From positions 416,001 to 480,000 of the forward strand of contig CAVUWD010000006.1 in NCBI GenBank assembly GCA_963745025.1: a DNA stretch of 64,000 bases. Reading direction: 5' to 3'. The translations under genes were made by a program, and so were the position numbers. Positions 12,037 through 22,489 of the stretch are shown here, piece by piece. The stretch is from an uncultured delta proteobacterium (GTDB taxonomy: Bacteria > Desulfobacterota > Binatia > JACPRU01). The notes below the pieces were generated by a model that had not been told where the DNA came from, ran no database searches, and was given only the letters and a program-made list of their open reading frames with translations. The stretch's first letter is position 1. Every line of letters starts with the position of its first letter.

Positions 12037-13119
12037 TTAGAGCTCGTCGCTGTGCCGGCGCATCCAATCGATGACCTTCGGTAGCGTGACCTTCCGCGAC
12101 GAGCGGCCGATGAAAAGCCCGACGTGGCCTGCGTCGATGCGCAGCTCTTCGACGTCTTTCGATCCTACGGCCGAGGTGAGCGGCGACGCCGCCTCGATCG
12201 GGGCGAGATGATCCCTCTCGGCAATGACGTTCAGGAACGGGCACGTGATGTCCTTCAGACTGATCGGGCGGCCGCCGAGCCGCATGGTGTCTTTGGCGAG
12301 CCGGTTCTCGCGGCTGAGCATCCGCGTCGTCTGCGCGAAGCACGCTCCAGCGAAAGGAATCTGATCGCGGGCCCATTGATCCACCGCCTGGTAGGCCTCG
12401 AAGAATTCGTCGCTCCAGAGGTTCTCCCAGAGATTCGCGTACGAGGCGATCTGAGCGGTCGGCCGGGCGAGCTGAAACCCGTTGACGATGACGTCGGGGG
12501 GCACGTTGCCCGTCTCGTCGAAGAGCTCCTCCGGCTCGAGACGGCCCGGGTTGAGGACTCCCGGGAAGGCGCTCGCCTTCGAGCTGTCGAAGGGAGTGGC
12601 TGCCGAGATGAGGTTCCGCACCTGTGGTCCGGGATGGCCCGCGGCATAGAGGAGCGAGAGAATGCCGCCGAAGCAGTAGCCGAGCATGGTGACGCCGTCG
12701 GTTTCCGCCTCGGAGCCCGCCGCGGCGACCGCACGCGGCAAGTACTCGTCGCAGTATGTCTCCAGCGTATTACCGGCGTCGACCTCGTCCGGGATTCCCC
12801 AGTCGAGGAGGAACACGTCGAAGCCTGCTTCGAGGAAGTCCTCCACCATGCTGCTGCCCGGCCGCAGGTCGAGGATGTACGAGCGGCTCACCAAGCTCAT
12901 GACGAGGAAGAGCGGCGGCCGGTATCGCCGCTTCTCGCTGTGGAAGCGCCACAGCTGCACCTTGTCGCGAGTCCAGACCGTGTCCTTCGGCGAGCGCCCC
13001 AGATCAGGGCGACCGATGCCGGCCATGTACTTGATGCCGTTCTTCGCTCGGAGTACCGAGCGCTCGACGTCACGCCGTATGCGAGCGGCGAGGTCGCTGG
13101 GGCTGAGGGCGCTGGCCAT
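12037..13119 (-). CDS. phaC: Polyhydroxyalkanoate synthase, class III-type PhaC
   Basis: Lipase box GYCFGG, 'YILDLRPG', 'LLDWG', catalytic Asp 'ERDHL' and His 'GHVG'; 360 aa. Confidence 0.88.
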   Translation of the reverse strand: MASALSPSDLAARIRRDVERSVLRAKNGIKYMAGIGRPDLGRSPKDTVWTRDKVQLWRFHSEKRRYRPPLFLVMSLVSRSYILDLRPGSSMVEDFLEAGFDVFLLDWGIPDEVDAGNTLETYCDEYLPRAVAAAGSEAETDGVTMLGYCFGGILSLLYAAGHPGPQVRNLISAATPFDSSKASAFPGVLNPGRLEPEELFDETGNVPPDVIVNGFQLARPTAQIASYANLWENLWSDEFFEAYQAVDQWARDQIPFAGACFAQTTRMLSRENRLAKDTMRLGGRPISLKDITCPFLNVIAERDHLAPIEAASPLTSAVGSKDVEELRIDAGHVGLFIGRSSRKVTLPKVIDWMRRHSDEL

Positions 13120-13411
13120 GAATCTCCTCCGCGAGTTCGTCGAAGCGCTTGGCGAGATCGCGCAGTCTACGCTCGACCGATGCGACCTGATCGGACAGCC
13201 GCTTCATATCGCTGCCGGCCGGCAGGTTCCAGAAATGAAGCGCCCGTCGCATCGCTCGTTCCGCGCCGCGGGCGACGTCGGTACGGACGCGCATCGCGAC
13301 GGTGGCGACGTCTGCGAACTCGTCGCTCTTCACCGCGGATTCGAGCCCGGGCCCGATCGCCCGTTCCACAGAGTCGAACGCCTTTCTCCACAATGGCCGC
13401 TGATCTGCCAT
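13070..13411 (-). CDS. PhaE/PhaR-like small PHA synthase partner subunit
   Basis: Helical 113 aa ORF overlapping phaC start; 'NLPAGSDMKRL...ERRL' resembles PhaE C-terminal motif. Confidence 0.65.
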   Translation of the reverse strand: MADQRPLWRKAFDSVERAIGPGLESAVKSDEFADVATVAMRVRTDVARGAERAMRRALHFWNLPAGSDMKRLSDQVASVERRLRDLAKRFDELAEEIHGQRPQPQRPRRSHTA

Positions 13412-13521
13412 GACGCGAACCTCCGTTCCCAACCCCGTTCGTACGTACAGTCGCTGCGTGAAGTCAATCCCGCGTCTGCTAGCCTACCCCGGCCCCGAAC
13501 GGAGCGTGCCCGCCGCGGTGT

Positions 13522-13887
13522 TTACTCGCCGCCGCCGCGCAGGAACCCGCGATAGACCTCGAGCAGGGCTTCCTTCTGCCGTGCGTTGAGCCGCGGATCA
13601 GTGCGGATCGCGGTCTCGACGTCGGCTTCGCCGTTCTCGGCGTTCTCGGCGCTCTCGTCGCCGAGCCAGCCCGCCGCCGCGTAGAGCTTTTCCGGGGGGA
13701 TCCCAAGCGCCGCGGCGATCGATTTGAGGATCGCCGCCGAGGGCTGGTGCAAGCCGCGCTCGATCTGGCTCAGGTACGGGTTGGAGATGCGCGCCAGATT
13801 GGCGAGCTGTCGCAGCGAGAGCCGCGTGATGTCGCGCTGATTGCGAATGAATTCGCCGAGCGGACTGCGGGGCAGGCGTGGTGGCAT
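13522..13887 (-). CDS. XRE-family HTH transcriptional regulator
   Basis: 'LGEFIRNQR...SLRQLA...SNPYLSQIERG...PSA', C-term 'AIRTDPRLNARQKEALLEVY'. Confidence 0.9.
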   Translation of the reverse strand: MPPRLPRSPLGEFIRNQRDITRLSLRQLANLARISNPYLSQIERGLHQPSAAILKSIAAALGIPPEKLYAAAGWLGDESAENAENGEADVETAIRTDPRLNARQKEALLEVYRGFLRGGGE

Positions 13888-13973
13888 CGTCGCTCTTATA
13901 CCGCCGCCCGTCCGCCAACCGAGTAGCCCTCTTCACCGTGGATCCTTCGCATGCAAGTTATTTTTGTATCATC

Positions 13974-14004
13974 GCTTGACATATCTAGCAAGCCCCATTA
14001 TGCT
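13974..14004 (+). promoter_or_regulatory. Sigma70 promoter with overlapping inverted repeat (candidate XRE operator)
   Basis: TTGACA (13976-81) N17 TATGCT (13999-14004); GCTTG-N10-CAAGC at 13974-13993. Confidence 0.6.
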
Positions 14005-14040
14005 GCGTGTAACGTTGACCCAATGACACAGGAGGTTTCG

Positions 14041-14340
14041 ATGGAGACACTGAAGAGAATCGACGACGCGGGTGAAAATGTGATCGCGGCGGTCCGCACC
14101 GTGCAGGGCTGGATCGCCTCGGCCGCCGAGACGGTCGGAGCGCCGATCGTACGGCGGATTCCCGACCTGCCGCTACCGGAGGCGCTGCGCCCCCCACGCG
14201 CGCGGGACGTCGTCGCGACGACGTTCGGGTTCTGGGAAGGCCTCGCGCGGGCGCAGAACGAATTCACGCTGCGCATTCTCGATGCCTTCGATCCGGCGGC
14301 GTACCGGGCGAAGGCCGCGCGCCATCCCAAGGCTGCTTGA
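14041..14340 (+). CDS. Small amphipathic helical protein, candidate phasin/lipid-inclusion protein
   Basis: RBS GGAGG, 99 aa, basic Ala/Lys tail; divergent from XRE next to phaEC. Confidence 0.6.
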   Translation: METLKRIDDAGENVIAAVRTVQGWIASAAETVGAPIVRRIPDLPLPEALRPPRARDVVATTFGFWEGLARAQNEFTLRILDAFDPAAYRAKAARHPKAA

Positions 14341-14447
14341 GCAGTCGTGATCGGCCGGGAGGGCACCCTCCCGGCCGATCACTTTCAACGGAGTCCGCGT
14401 CCGGATCTTGCCAGACTCCGCCCGCGGGGCGCGGTATAAGGCGGATC

Positions 14448-15926
14448 ATGGAGCTCGCCGACTCGGTCTGCTACCGCGCGATCGCCACGCGCGACGCGCG
14501 CTTCGACGGCCGCTTCTTCGTCGCCGTACGCACGACCGGGATCTACTGCCGGCCAATTTGCCCCGCTCGGACGCCGAAGCGCGAGAACGTCACGTTTTTC
14601 TCGTGCGCCGCAGCCGCCGAGGCCGCGGGGTTTCGGCCCTGTCTTCGCTGCCGCCCCGAGACGTCACCCGGCACACCGGCTTGGAACGGCACCTCGGCGG
14701 TCGTGTCGCGGGCGCTCCGCCTGATCGAAGACGGCGCGGCCGACGACGGCGGAAGCGAGACGCTTCCCGCCCAGGTCGGACTCGGCGAGCGTCAGCTTCG
14801 CCGCCTCTTCCAGAGGCATCTCGGTGCATCGCCTGCCGAGATCGCCCGGGCGCGGCGCCTTCATTTCGCCAAGACGCTGATCGACGAAACCGCGCTCGGA
14901 ATGACGGACGTCGCGATTTCCACGGGCTTCCGGAACATTCGCGAGCTCAATCATTCGATTCGCAAGACGTTCGGACGCTCGCCGCGCGAGCTTCGCCGGC
15001 AGCGAGCGGACGGGCGCGGGATCGCGGCAGCAAGCGCTCGAGGAGCGCTCACGCTGCGGCTCTCCTACCGCCCGCCGCTCGAATGGCGCGCGCTTCTCGA
15101 ATTCTTCCGCGAGCGCGCTACCCCCGGCGTAGAGGCCGTCGACGAGGAGAGCTATCGGCGAACGATCGTCTGGGGCGGCGTGCCGGGATGGATCGAGGTT
15201 TCGCCGGCCGAGCGCGGCACGCAGCTCGTTCTCCGCGTGGAGCTGTCGACCGTTCGCGGCCTCATCCAGCTCGCCGAGCGCGTGCGGCGGATGTTCGACC
15301 TCAATGCCGATCCGCTGCGCGTCGCCGCGGGGCTTTCCCGAGAGCCGTACCTCCGGAGGCTCGTCCGCGCACGACCCGGGTTGCGTGTACCCGGAGCGTG
15401 GGAGGGATTCGAGCTCGCCGTGCGCGCGATTCTCGGCCAACAGATTACGGTGCGGGCTGCGACGACGCTCGCCGGCCGCCTGGTCCAGCGCTTCGGCCGG
15501 TCCGTCGAGAGCTCCGTGCCGAGCCTCACCCATCTCTTCCCCGATCCGCAGACGCTCGCGAACGCCGACCTCACCGGACTCGGGCTCACGAGATCTCGCG
15601 CCGAGACGATCCGCGGCCTTGCCCGCGCCGTCGCCGCCGGCACACTGACGCTCGACGCTTCGCGCGGCCTCGAGGACGGAGTCGCGCGCCTCGCCGCGCT
15701 TCCCGGTATCGGCGAATGGACGGCCCAGTACGTCGCGCTGCGCGCCTTCGGCGAGCCCGATGCGTTTCCCGTCGGTGATCTCGGCCTCCGGCGCGCGCTG
15801 GCAACCGGCAACGGCATGCCATCGACGCGAGCGGTCGCCTTGATCGCCGAAGCGTGGCGGCCGTGGCGAGCGTACGCCGCCATTCACCTCTGGACGAGCG
15901 AGCCTGCGAAAGAGAAGCGATCGTGA
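14448..15926 (+). CDS. alkA: Ada-AlkA fusion (Ada Zn domain, AraC HTH, 3-methyladenine glycosylase II)
   Basis: 'TTGIYCRPICPA', 'GFRPCLRCRP', 'RAILGQQIT', HhH 'LPGIGEWTA', 'WRPWRAYA'. Confidence 0.93.
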   Translation: MELADSVCYRAIATRDARFDGRFFVAVRTTGIYCRPICPARTPKRENVTFFSCAAAAEAAGFRPCLRCRPETSPGTPAWNGTSAVVSRALRLIEDGAADDGGSETLPAQVGLGERQLRRLFQRHLGASPAEIARARRLHFAKTLIDETALGMTDVAISTGFRNIRELNHSIRKTFGRSPRELRRQRADGRGIAAASARGALTLRLSYRPPLEWRALLEFFRERATPGVEAVDEESYRRTIVWGGVPGWIEVSPAERGTQLVLRVELSTVRGLIQLAERVRRMFDLNADPLRVAAGLSREPYLRRLVRARPGLRVPGAWEGFELAVRAILGQQITVRAATTLAGRLVQRFGRSVESSVPSLTHLFPDPQTLANADLTGLGLTRSRAETIRGLARAVAAGTLTLDASRGLEDGVARLAALPGIGEWTAQYVALRAFGEPDAFPVGDLGLRRALATGNGMPSTRAVALIAEAWRPWRAYAAIHLWTSEPAKEKRS

Positions 15927-16474
15927 TCATCATCGAGACCGCCGAGCTCGCGTCGCCGATCGGAACCGTCGTGCTCGCCGTCCATGAGGGGTGTCTGTGC
16001 GCTCTCGGCTTCCACGACCACTGGCCACGACTCGAGCGGGCGCTGCGGCGGCGATTCCCTGGAGCCGAGCTCCGGCGGTCGGGCGATCCCGCGGGAACCG
16101 TCGGCCGATTGCGGGCGTACTTTCAGGGCCACTTTGCCGCGCTCGATTCCATCCCGCTCGATCTCGGCGGCACGCCGTTCCAGCAAAAGCTGTGGACACG
16201 ACTCTGCGCGATCCCGTGCGGCCAGACCGTCTCATATCGGGACCTCGCCACGGCGATCGGTGCGCCCACCGCCGTGCGCGCCGTCGGAGCTGCCAACGGT
16301 GCGAACCCGGTGTCGATCGTCGTCCCGTGCCACCGTGTTATCGGCGTCAACGGAAGTCTCACCGGCTACGGAGGCGGCATCGAACGCAAGCGGTGGTTGC
16401 TCGAACACGAGGGAGCGCTGGAGAAGACCGGGCGACGGGCTACAGGAAAGGCGTCGCGGAATCCCCTCCCATAG
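15923..16474 (+). CDS. ogt: Methylated-DNA-protein-cysteine methyltransferase
   Basis: 'GTPFQ', 'RAVGAANGANP', active site 'PCHRV'; GTGA overlap with alkA. Confidence 0.95.
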   Translation: MIIIETAELASPIGTVVLAVHEGCLCALGFHDHWPRLERALRRRFPGAELRRSGDPAGTVGRLRAYFQGHFAALDSIPLDLGGTPFQQKLWTRLCAIPCGQTVSYRDLATAIGAPTAVRAVGAANGANPVSIVVPCHRVIGVNGSLTGYGGGIERKRWLLEHEGALEKTGRRATGKASRNPLP

Positions 16475-16656
16475 CCCGGGACTCGCGCGACGGAAGTTCC
16501 GGGTTCCATCTGACGCGGCGACTGTCGGCGTAAGGCTCGTGACCCCACCCGAAAGGGTCGTCTCCTCTCCAAGCCGATCAGGACTGCAACAGAGTCGGGT
16601 TGTGGCGGAAGGAGATCACATTTCGAGGAATCGCTCTATGCCTTTTCACCACACCC

Positions 16657-17148
16657 TCACTTCCGATGTTGACGTGGGGCCTCGTCCATCGACGGCTGAG
16701 ATGCGGGCCGCCGCGCGTAAATGCCTCGAGTGATCATCGTCATCACCTTCTCGCCCTTCTGGTTGAAGACCTCGTAGCTCGCGCGCATGTGCCCGCGATC
16801 GGGCTTGGAGCGTGACGGAACGACATCGAGGATCACGGCGCGCGCGGTCAGCGTGTCGCCCGGACGGACCGGCTTCAACCAACGAATCTCGTCCGTGCCG
16901 GGGGAGCCCATGCTGGCGGCACCCGCGACCATTCCATCCACGAGTAGGCGCATCAGCATCGCGGTCGTGTGCCAGCCGCTGGCGATGAGGCCGCCGTAGA
17001 TCGATTGCCGCGCGGCCTCTTCATCGACGTGGAACGGCTGCGGGTCGTAGCGGCGGGCGAACTCCAGGATTTCCTCCCGGCTGACGTGACAGCTGCCGAG
17101 CTCGAAGGTTTCACCGACCTTGAAGTCCTCGAGATACCTCTTCTCCAT
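16657..17148 (-). CDS. MaoC-family dehydratase
   Basis: 'YDPQPFHVD', 'GLIASGWHT', '[12 protein letters not shown]'. Confidence 0.9.
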   Translation of the reverse strand: MEKRYLEDFKVGETFELGSCHVSREEILEFARRYDPQPFHVDEEAARQSIYGGLIASGWHTTAMLMRLLVDGMVAGAASMGSPGTDEIRWLKPVRPGDTLTARAVILDVVPSRSKPDRGHMRASYEVFNQKGEKVMTMITRGIYARRPASQPSMDEAPRQHRK

Positions 17149-17507
17149 TGGTCCCTTCTGGCGGACGCCGCGAAGCGAGGAAAGCCCCCACCAGTCGATC
17201 AATCAGTTGATGAGACCCGCGGGCGATCGCAGCGCTCGCCGAGATCGCCGGGGCGCTGCGCTGGAGCGCGTCTTCGACCCGCGACGACTTCACGGGTCCC
17301 TGATCGGCGAGCAGGACGTTTCGCCGAACTGGCTGCCGACGTGACTGCGAACCGGCCTCCACGTGCCGATGAAGCCGACGAACAGGGGTCGATTACGCGA
17401 CCTTCGGCGGCGCCAACAGCATCACCGTCGTGCTGCAGGTGAAGGAACGGATCGTGGACGCGAGGATCATCATGCGGCGGCGGGGACGGCCTTCGACGTC
17501 GAGCGGC

Positions 17508-18527
17508 TCACAGCGGCGCTTGCGAGAAGTGCATTTCCTTTCCGTTTACGGCGAACGTAGCCCCGGCGGCGCCGACCAGCATGCCCTGGCCGGATGGCAA
17601 GACGCTCAGACCACGGACCCATGAGAGCCTCCACTCGGAAGGCAACAGAGATTTCGTCCATGTCTCTCCTCCGTCCTCGCTCACGAGAACGTTTCCGACG
17701 TCGCCGACGATGTAACCCTTGTCGCCACGGATCTTGATGTCGTAGAGCGCGGGGTTATTCAGCAGATCCATGACGCCGATCGCTTCGAAGCCCGCCAATT
17801 CCCCTTGGCCCCGTTGGATCTCCCAGCTCGCGCCGCCGTCCTTCGTGCGCGCGACGAGCCCGTCGATCCCAACCGCCCAGACCTTGTCCTTCGAGACGGC
17901 CGTCAGGCCGAAGAACGTCTTCTGCGTGGCCACCTGCTGCTGCACCCAAGTCTTGCCACCGTCGGTCGTATGCCGGATGGCGCCGAACTCGCCGACCGTC
18001 CAGCCGTTGTCGCGATCCGCGAAATCAATCGCGTAGATGATCTGATCTTCACCGAGCGAGCGGTCTTCCCAGGTCGTGCCGCCATCGCCTGTGTGCACCA
18101 TCACCCCCCAGTCGCCGACCGCCCACCCTTCGCGAGCATCGAGAAAACGCACGTTGAAGAGATGCTTGCGCGTGTTGCTCTGCTGATCCACCCAATGAGC
18201 GCCGCCGTCGGAGGTGTTGAGGATCTCGCCGCTTCGACCAACCGCCCAGCCGTTCCTCACGTCGGTGAACGAGACGCCGTAAAGATGCTGCGTCGTCGGC
18301 GTCTGCTGCTGTTGCCAGTGCTTGCCTCCGTCGCTCGTGTGATAGATGGCGCCGAAGACGCCGACGGCCCATCCCGCGTTCGCATCGATGAATTGGGTGT
18401 CGTAGAGATCTTCGAGGATCTGCGACCGCGCTTTGATATCCTGGGCGACGGCTGCCTGCGAGGCGCAAGACAAGACGGCCGTCAGTGCCGCCGGCACGAA
18501 GGCACGTCGCACGGTTTGAGCGAGCAT
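17508..18527 (-). CDS. Secreted YCF48/BNR-repeat beta-propeller protein
   Basis: Signal peptide; repeated 'GWAVG..G.I..T.DGG..W' units. Confidence 0.9.
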   Translation of the reverse strand: MLAQTVRRAFVPAALTAVLSCASQAAVAQDIKARSQILEDLYDTQFIDANAGWAVGVFGAIYHTSDGGKHWQQQQTPTTQHLYGVSFTDVRNGWAVGRSGEILNTSDGGAHWVDQQSNTRKHLFNVRFLDAREGWAVGDWGVMVHTGDGGTTWEDRSLGEDQIIYAIDFADRDNGWTVGEFGAIRHTTDGGKTWVQQQVATQKTFFGLTAVSKDKVWAVGIDGLVARTKDGGASWEIQRGQGELAGFEAIGVMDLLNNPALYDIKIRGDKGYIVGDVGNVLVSEDGGETWTKSLLPSEWRLSWVRGLSVLPSGQGMLVGAAGATFAVNGKEMHFSQAPL

Positions 18528-19401
18528 CGAAACCTCCCGAGGAGTCGGGTGACAGCTAGGTCAAGCGATTGATTCATGTCAAATTGATTCAATCACGTGC
18601 TCGAGGACAACCTGCCGTCGCCGCGCATCGCGCGCGCCGGTTCGGCGGCAAGCAGACGGAGACGTACTTGATGTTTGAGAAGATGCTGTGAACGGTTGTC
18701 GGCGATCCCTTTCGGCTATCAGGTATCAGTTTTCAGTTCATCTTCGATGCCGCCAAGACCCCGACGCCCGCCGTAGGGCCCCCTGAGCGCTTGCTCGAAG
18801 TGGTCGGGTCGCGATAAAAGATCGTAGGATGTCCGTGCGCCGGCGAAGGGCCGGAGCGATGGACGATTCGACGGTTCGTTGAGGTCGACAAATCCGCTCG
18901 TCGTAGACGCGGAGGGTCACTGGGTCGAACCGCGGCATGTGTGTCGGTAGTACCTGGAGCTGCGAGAGCGCACGCCGTCGATCGAGCGCGTGAGGACGGA
19001 TGGGAGGACTTCGTCATCGAGGGCAAAACCTCTTCCCGCGTTGGGAGTCAACAGGATCTCGGAGCGCTCGGCGTGAGGACCGACACTTCCGACAAGGACA
19101 ATTGGTCAGCGGATCCGGGAAATCCACCGGGCGCTTTACACGGCCCTCTGCCGGGCCTACAAGGGAACCGTCGGATTATCGCTCGGCCGGGGCGCAATGT
19201 CTGTTTGGAGCAGCGATGATTCCGGTCGCCGACGTGGCAACGGCGGTAGTCGAGATCGAAGTTTCGGTCCGGCGGCACGGTTACCGAATTGCGCTTTTGC
19301 GGAGCCGGATCCGCGGCAGGGCGGGAAGCTCTACGATCGGGTGTGCGAGCCTCGGTGAGAAGGCTCCACGCCTCTACTCCCTGCTCATGTAGATCGAGAT
19401 C

Positions 19402-21330
19402 GTGGCCGACGAAGAACAAAAGACGACCTGGTCCGAAACGGCACCGTCCGCTGTGGTGAACGCGGAGGCCCCGAACGACCGCATGGCAGAAGCGCCCGCG
19501 AGTGACGCGCCCGCCATCGCCGGCCAAAACGCGGTGCGTCCTGCGGGAGAAGGGCATCGTCGGCGGCGACGGCGGCGACGGCGGCACCACCACGGCCCGC
19601 ATACGAACGGCGCTCCAGCCGCGGCGGCCGCCGAGCGCACCCCTTCGCGCCCGCCGAACGAGATCGATCTCGCCGCCCGCCGGCTCGGCATCCAACAGCT
19701 CTACGGGGAGCAGGAGCGGGTGATCCGCGCCGCGCTGGCGGGGCGCGAAGTGCTCGTCGTGCTGCCGACCGGATTCGGCAAGTCGGCCTGCTACCAGATT
19801 CCTTCGATGGTGCTGCCGAAGCCCGTAGTGCTGATTTCGCCGCTGCTCGCGCTGCTCCGCGACCAACACGAGAAGCTCTTGAAGCACAACATCCCGTGCG
19901 TGCGGCTCGACGGTACGGTCCGCGGAAAGGTTCGTCGCGAAGCGCTCGAGCGAATCAGCGCGGGCGGGTCACTGCTGGTCATGACGACTCCCGAGACGCT
20001 CGGCTCGGCCGAAGGGGCCGAGGCGCTCCGGCAGTCGGGTATCAGTCTCGCCGCCATCGACGAGGCGCACTGCATCTCGGCGTGGGGCCACGATTTCCGC
20101 CCCGCCTACTTGCAGATCGGCGAGCGCTTGCGCGAGCTCGGGGCGCCGCCGATCATGGCACTGACGGCGACCGCGACCGAGAATGTCCGCGAAGATATCG
20201 TCCGCTTCCTCCGCCTGAAGGACCCCGAGCTGGTCGCCGCCTCGCCGCACCGCGCGAACCTCGCCTTCGAGGTGCTCGAGAGCCGCTCCGAAGCCCGACT
20301 GCGCGCGCTCATGCGCTTCGCCAAACGCCTGCGTCGGCCCGGCATCATCTACTGCTCGACCACCCGCGAGGTCGACAACGTGTACCTGGCCCTGCAGATG
20401 CTGCGCATCCCCGCGCACCGCTATCACGGCAAGATGAACGGCGGCGACCGCAACCAGGAGCAGGAGATGTACATGAAGGCGGGACGGCGCACGGTCATGG
20501 TCGCGACCAGCGCGTTCGGCCTCGGCATCGATAAGCCCGACATCCGCTACATCGTCCACTACCAGGCCCCCGCCTCGCTCGAGCAGTACGTGCAGGAGGC
20601 TGGACGAGCCGGACGCGACGGCAACAAGGCGAACTGCATCCTGCTCTACGATCCGGACGATCGCACGATCCACGAGGCGTTGCTCGCCAAGAGCCGCGTG
20701 CGCCCCGATCAGCTCTTCAGGCTGGGCACGGCGCTCGCAGCGTGGAGGGGCGAAGGCCGAACACCGGATCTCGACGCGCTGGCGCTCTCCGCCCAGCTCT
20801 CGAGCCGCGTCACCGAGGCGCTGCTCGCGGTGCTCGAAGAGGCGGGGATCGTCTCGATCGGCGACGGCGGACCGATTCAGATCCTCGCCCCGGCCGAGTC
20901 GATCGAAGATCAGTCGCGAAGTCTCGCCGGCCAGTTCGAGACCCTGCGCACGCAGGATGGTCGGCGCCTCGATCGCATCGGCGAGTATGCGGGAAGCACC
21001 GAATGCCGCGCTGTCTTTCTGCGCCGTTACTTCGGCGAAGAGGACGGCGCGACGTGCGGCCTCTGCGACGTCTGCCGCGGGCGCCCCGAGCGACCGGAAA
21101 GCTTTTGGGAGCCGATTGCACAGCCCGAGCATCGCCGGAAGAAGCGGCGACATCGTCGCGGTCGGCGACGCGGCGGAGCCGGGCCGGTGCGCGCGCAAGG
21201 CGCTCCGAAGGTGGCCCCCGGGGAGCGCACCTCCACCTCTCCCGGTGCCCTCCCCGAGGCTCCCGAGCAGACGGACCTACCTGCCAACGGCGAGGACGCG
21301 GGGGAGTGGATCGAGGGCGACGGGGATTGA
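19402..21330 (+). CDS. recQ: RecQ-family ATP-dependent DNA helicase
   Basis: 'PTGFGKS', 'DEAHCIS.WGHDFRP', 'TATAT', 'QEAGRAGRDG', Zn 'CR...CGLCDVC'; Arg-rich disordered termini. Confidence 0.93.
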   Translation: MADEEQKTTWSETAPSAVVNAEAPNDRMAEAPASDAPAIAGQNAVRPAGEGHRRRRRRRRRHHHGPHTNGAPAAAAAERTPSRPPNEIDLAARRLGIQQLYGEQERVIRAALAGREVLVVLPTGFGKSACYQIPSMVLPKPVVLISPLLALLRDQHEKLLKHNIPCVRLDGTVRGKVRREALERISAGGSLLVMTTPETLGSAEGAEALRQSGISLAAIDEAHCISAWGHDFRPAYLQIGERLRELGAPPIMALTATATENVREDIVRFLRLKDPELVAASPHRANLAFEVLESRSEARLRALMRFAKRLRRPGIIYCSTTREVDNVYLALQMLRIPAHRYHGKMNGGDRNQEQEMYMKAGRRTVMVATSAFGLGIDKPDIRYIVHYQAPASLEQYVQEAGRAGRDGNKANCILLYDPDDRTIHEALLAKSRVRPDQLFRLGTALAAWRGEGRTPDLDALALSAQLSSRVTEALLAVLEEAGIVSIGDGGPIQILAPAESIEDQSRSLAGQFETLRTQDGRRLDRIGEYAGSTECRAVFLRRYFGEEDGATCGLCDVCRGRPERPESFWEPIAQPEHRRKKRRHRRGRRRGGAGPVRAQGAPKVAPGERTSTSPGALPEAPEQTDLPANGEDAGEWIEGDGD

Positions 21331-21687
21331 AGAGGTTCTCCGGTGTCCAGTCTCCGGCGAGAAACATCGTGGCCGCTGTTGAGGACTAGCGACCGTCGTG
21401 TTGCCGGCGTACGGGTGACTTGTTAGGCGGAAACGCTTCTGACTGCTTCGATCACGGGAAGACTGCCGCGGTCCCCCGGCTCGAGGCTGAGCTCAGCTGC
21501 TACGTTCTGCGACGCGAACCGAATGCCTATCGGCGCTCGCCCACCTGCGCCGCAACAAGAAGATCGACGCCGACGACGAGGCTCTAACCAAGCGCTTGCT
21601 CTTTCGCCTCCCGGCCGAGTGGACCGAGATCGCGCCCGACACACGTTTGCGCGACCGGGCCGAGCGCCTGCTGTGGGTGGACGTTCC

Positions 21688-22257
21688 CTACCCCCGCGCG
21701 AGCCCGAGGTGGTGGAATGCCACGACGACCAGCGCATGGCTGATGACGCCCTGACGGATGAGGTCCGGAATCTCGTCGAGCGGGGCGAGCACCACCTCGC
21801 ACTCTTCCGTGCTGTCGAACGAGGCGACGCTTTTGAGCTCCACGTTGCGCGCCAAGAACGAGTGGCACCGGTTCGTCTGGATCGCGGGATTCGGATGGAT
21901 AACGCCGAGGGGCACCACGTCATCGCTGTCGTAGCCGGTCTCTTCCTGCATCTCGCGCCGCGCCGCCTCGAGCGGTGATACGTCCTCCGCATCCACCATC
22001 CCGCCTGGGACCTCGAGGGTGAACTGATCGATGCCGTGGCGGTACTGGCGCACCATCACGACGCGCTGGTCGGCAGTCAGCGGGACGATGTTCACCCAAT
22101 CGGACGAATCGAGGACGTAGAAGTCGTGCAGCTCACCGGTTCTCGGGGAGCGCCGACGATGCTCGGTGACGGAGAAGACGCGGCAGTCATACACCGCGGA
22201 GGCCTCGAGCGTTTCCCAAGGGAGAAGGTTTTGCGGCTTGCGAGTCATCGCGACCAC
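21688..22257 (-). CDS. NUDIX hydrolase (ADP-ribose pyrophosphatase-like)
   Basis: 'VRQYRH', Nudix box 'PGGMVD...AARREMQEETG'. Confidence 0.9.
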   Translation of the reverse strand: MVAMTRKPQNLLPWETLEASAVYDCRVFSVTEHRRRSPRTGELHDFYVLDSSDWVNIVPLTADQRVVMVRQYRHGIDQFTLEVPGGMVDAEDVSPLEAARREMQEETGYDSDDVVPLGVIHPNPAIQTNRCHSFLARNVELKSVASFDSTEECEVVLAPLDEIPDLIRQGVISHALVVVAFHHLGLARG

Positions 22258-22379
22258 CTCGTTGTCCGACGATAGCAGAGGCGGCTCGGACGATCAGCCA
22301 GAGACGCGCGAGCGTGCTGCGCCGTTTGCAAGCCCCCGTGCGCCGCGAGATCGATGAGCCTCACCTCCGCCTTCCGCCA

Positions 22380-22459
22380 GAGGCCGGTCAGGAAGCCGCT
22401 GGTGCCGGCGTCGCCGAAGCGTTTCGCTGCTCCTCGCCGATGCCGATGTTAGGTTTCAT
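22380..22459 (-). pseudogene. Internally deleted dps remnant
   Basis: RBS AAAGGAGAGG then MKPNIGIGEEQRNA (Dps-like N-term) joined out of frame to FGDAGTSGFLTGL (Dps-like helix D). Confidence 0.6.
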
Positions 22460-22489
22460 TCGTCCTCTCCTTTCGGGTTGCCCGCAGGG

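Noticed and set aside
17399-17450. TFGGANSITVVLQVKE as an MMPL/RND remnant next to the YCF48-like gene
   Set aside because: Only 16 codons and on the opposite strand; too short to support.
18530-19400. 870-bp gap as an ncRNA or small genes
   Set aside because: No recognisable RNA motif or credible ORF by eye; needs an Rfam/BLASTX search.
21422-21600. GTTAGGC ... CTCTAAC-CAAGCGCTTGC as a further integron cassette
   Set aside because: The cores are not complementary, there is no second attC arm, and no convincing ORF lies between them.
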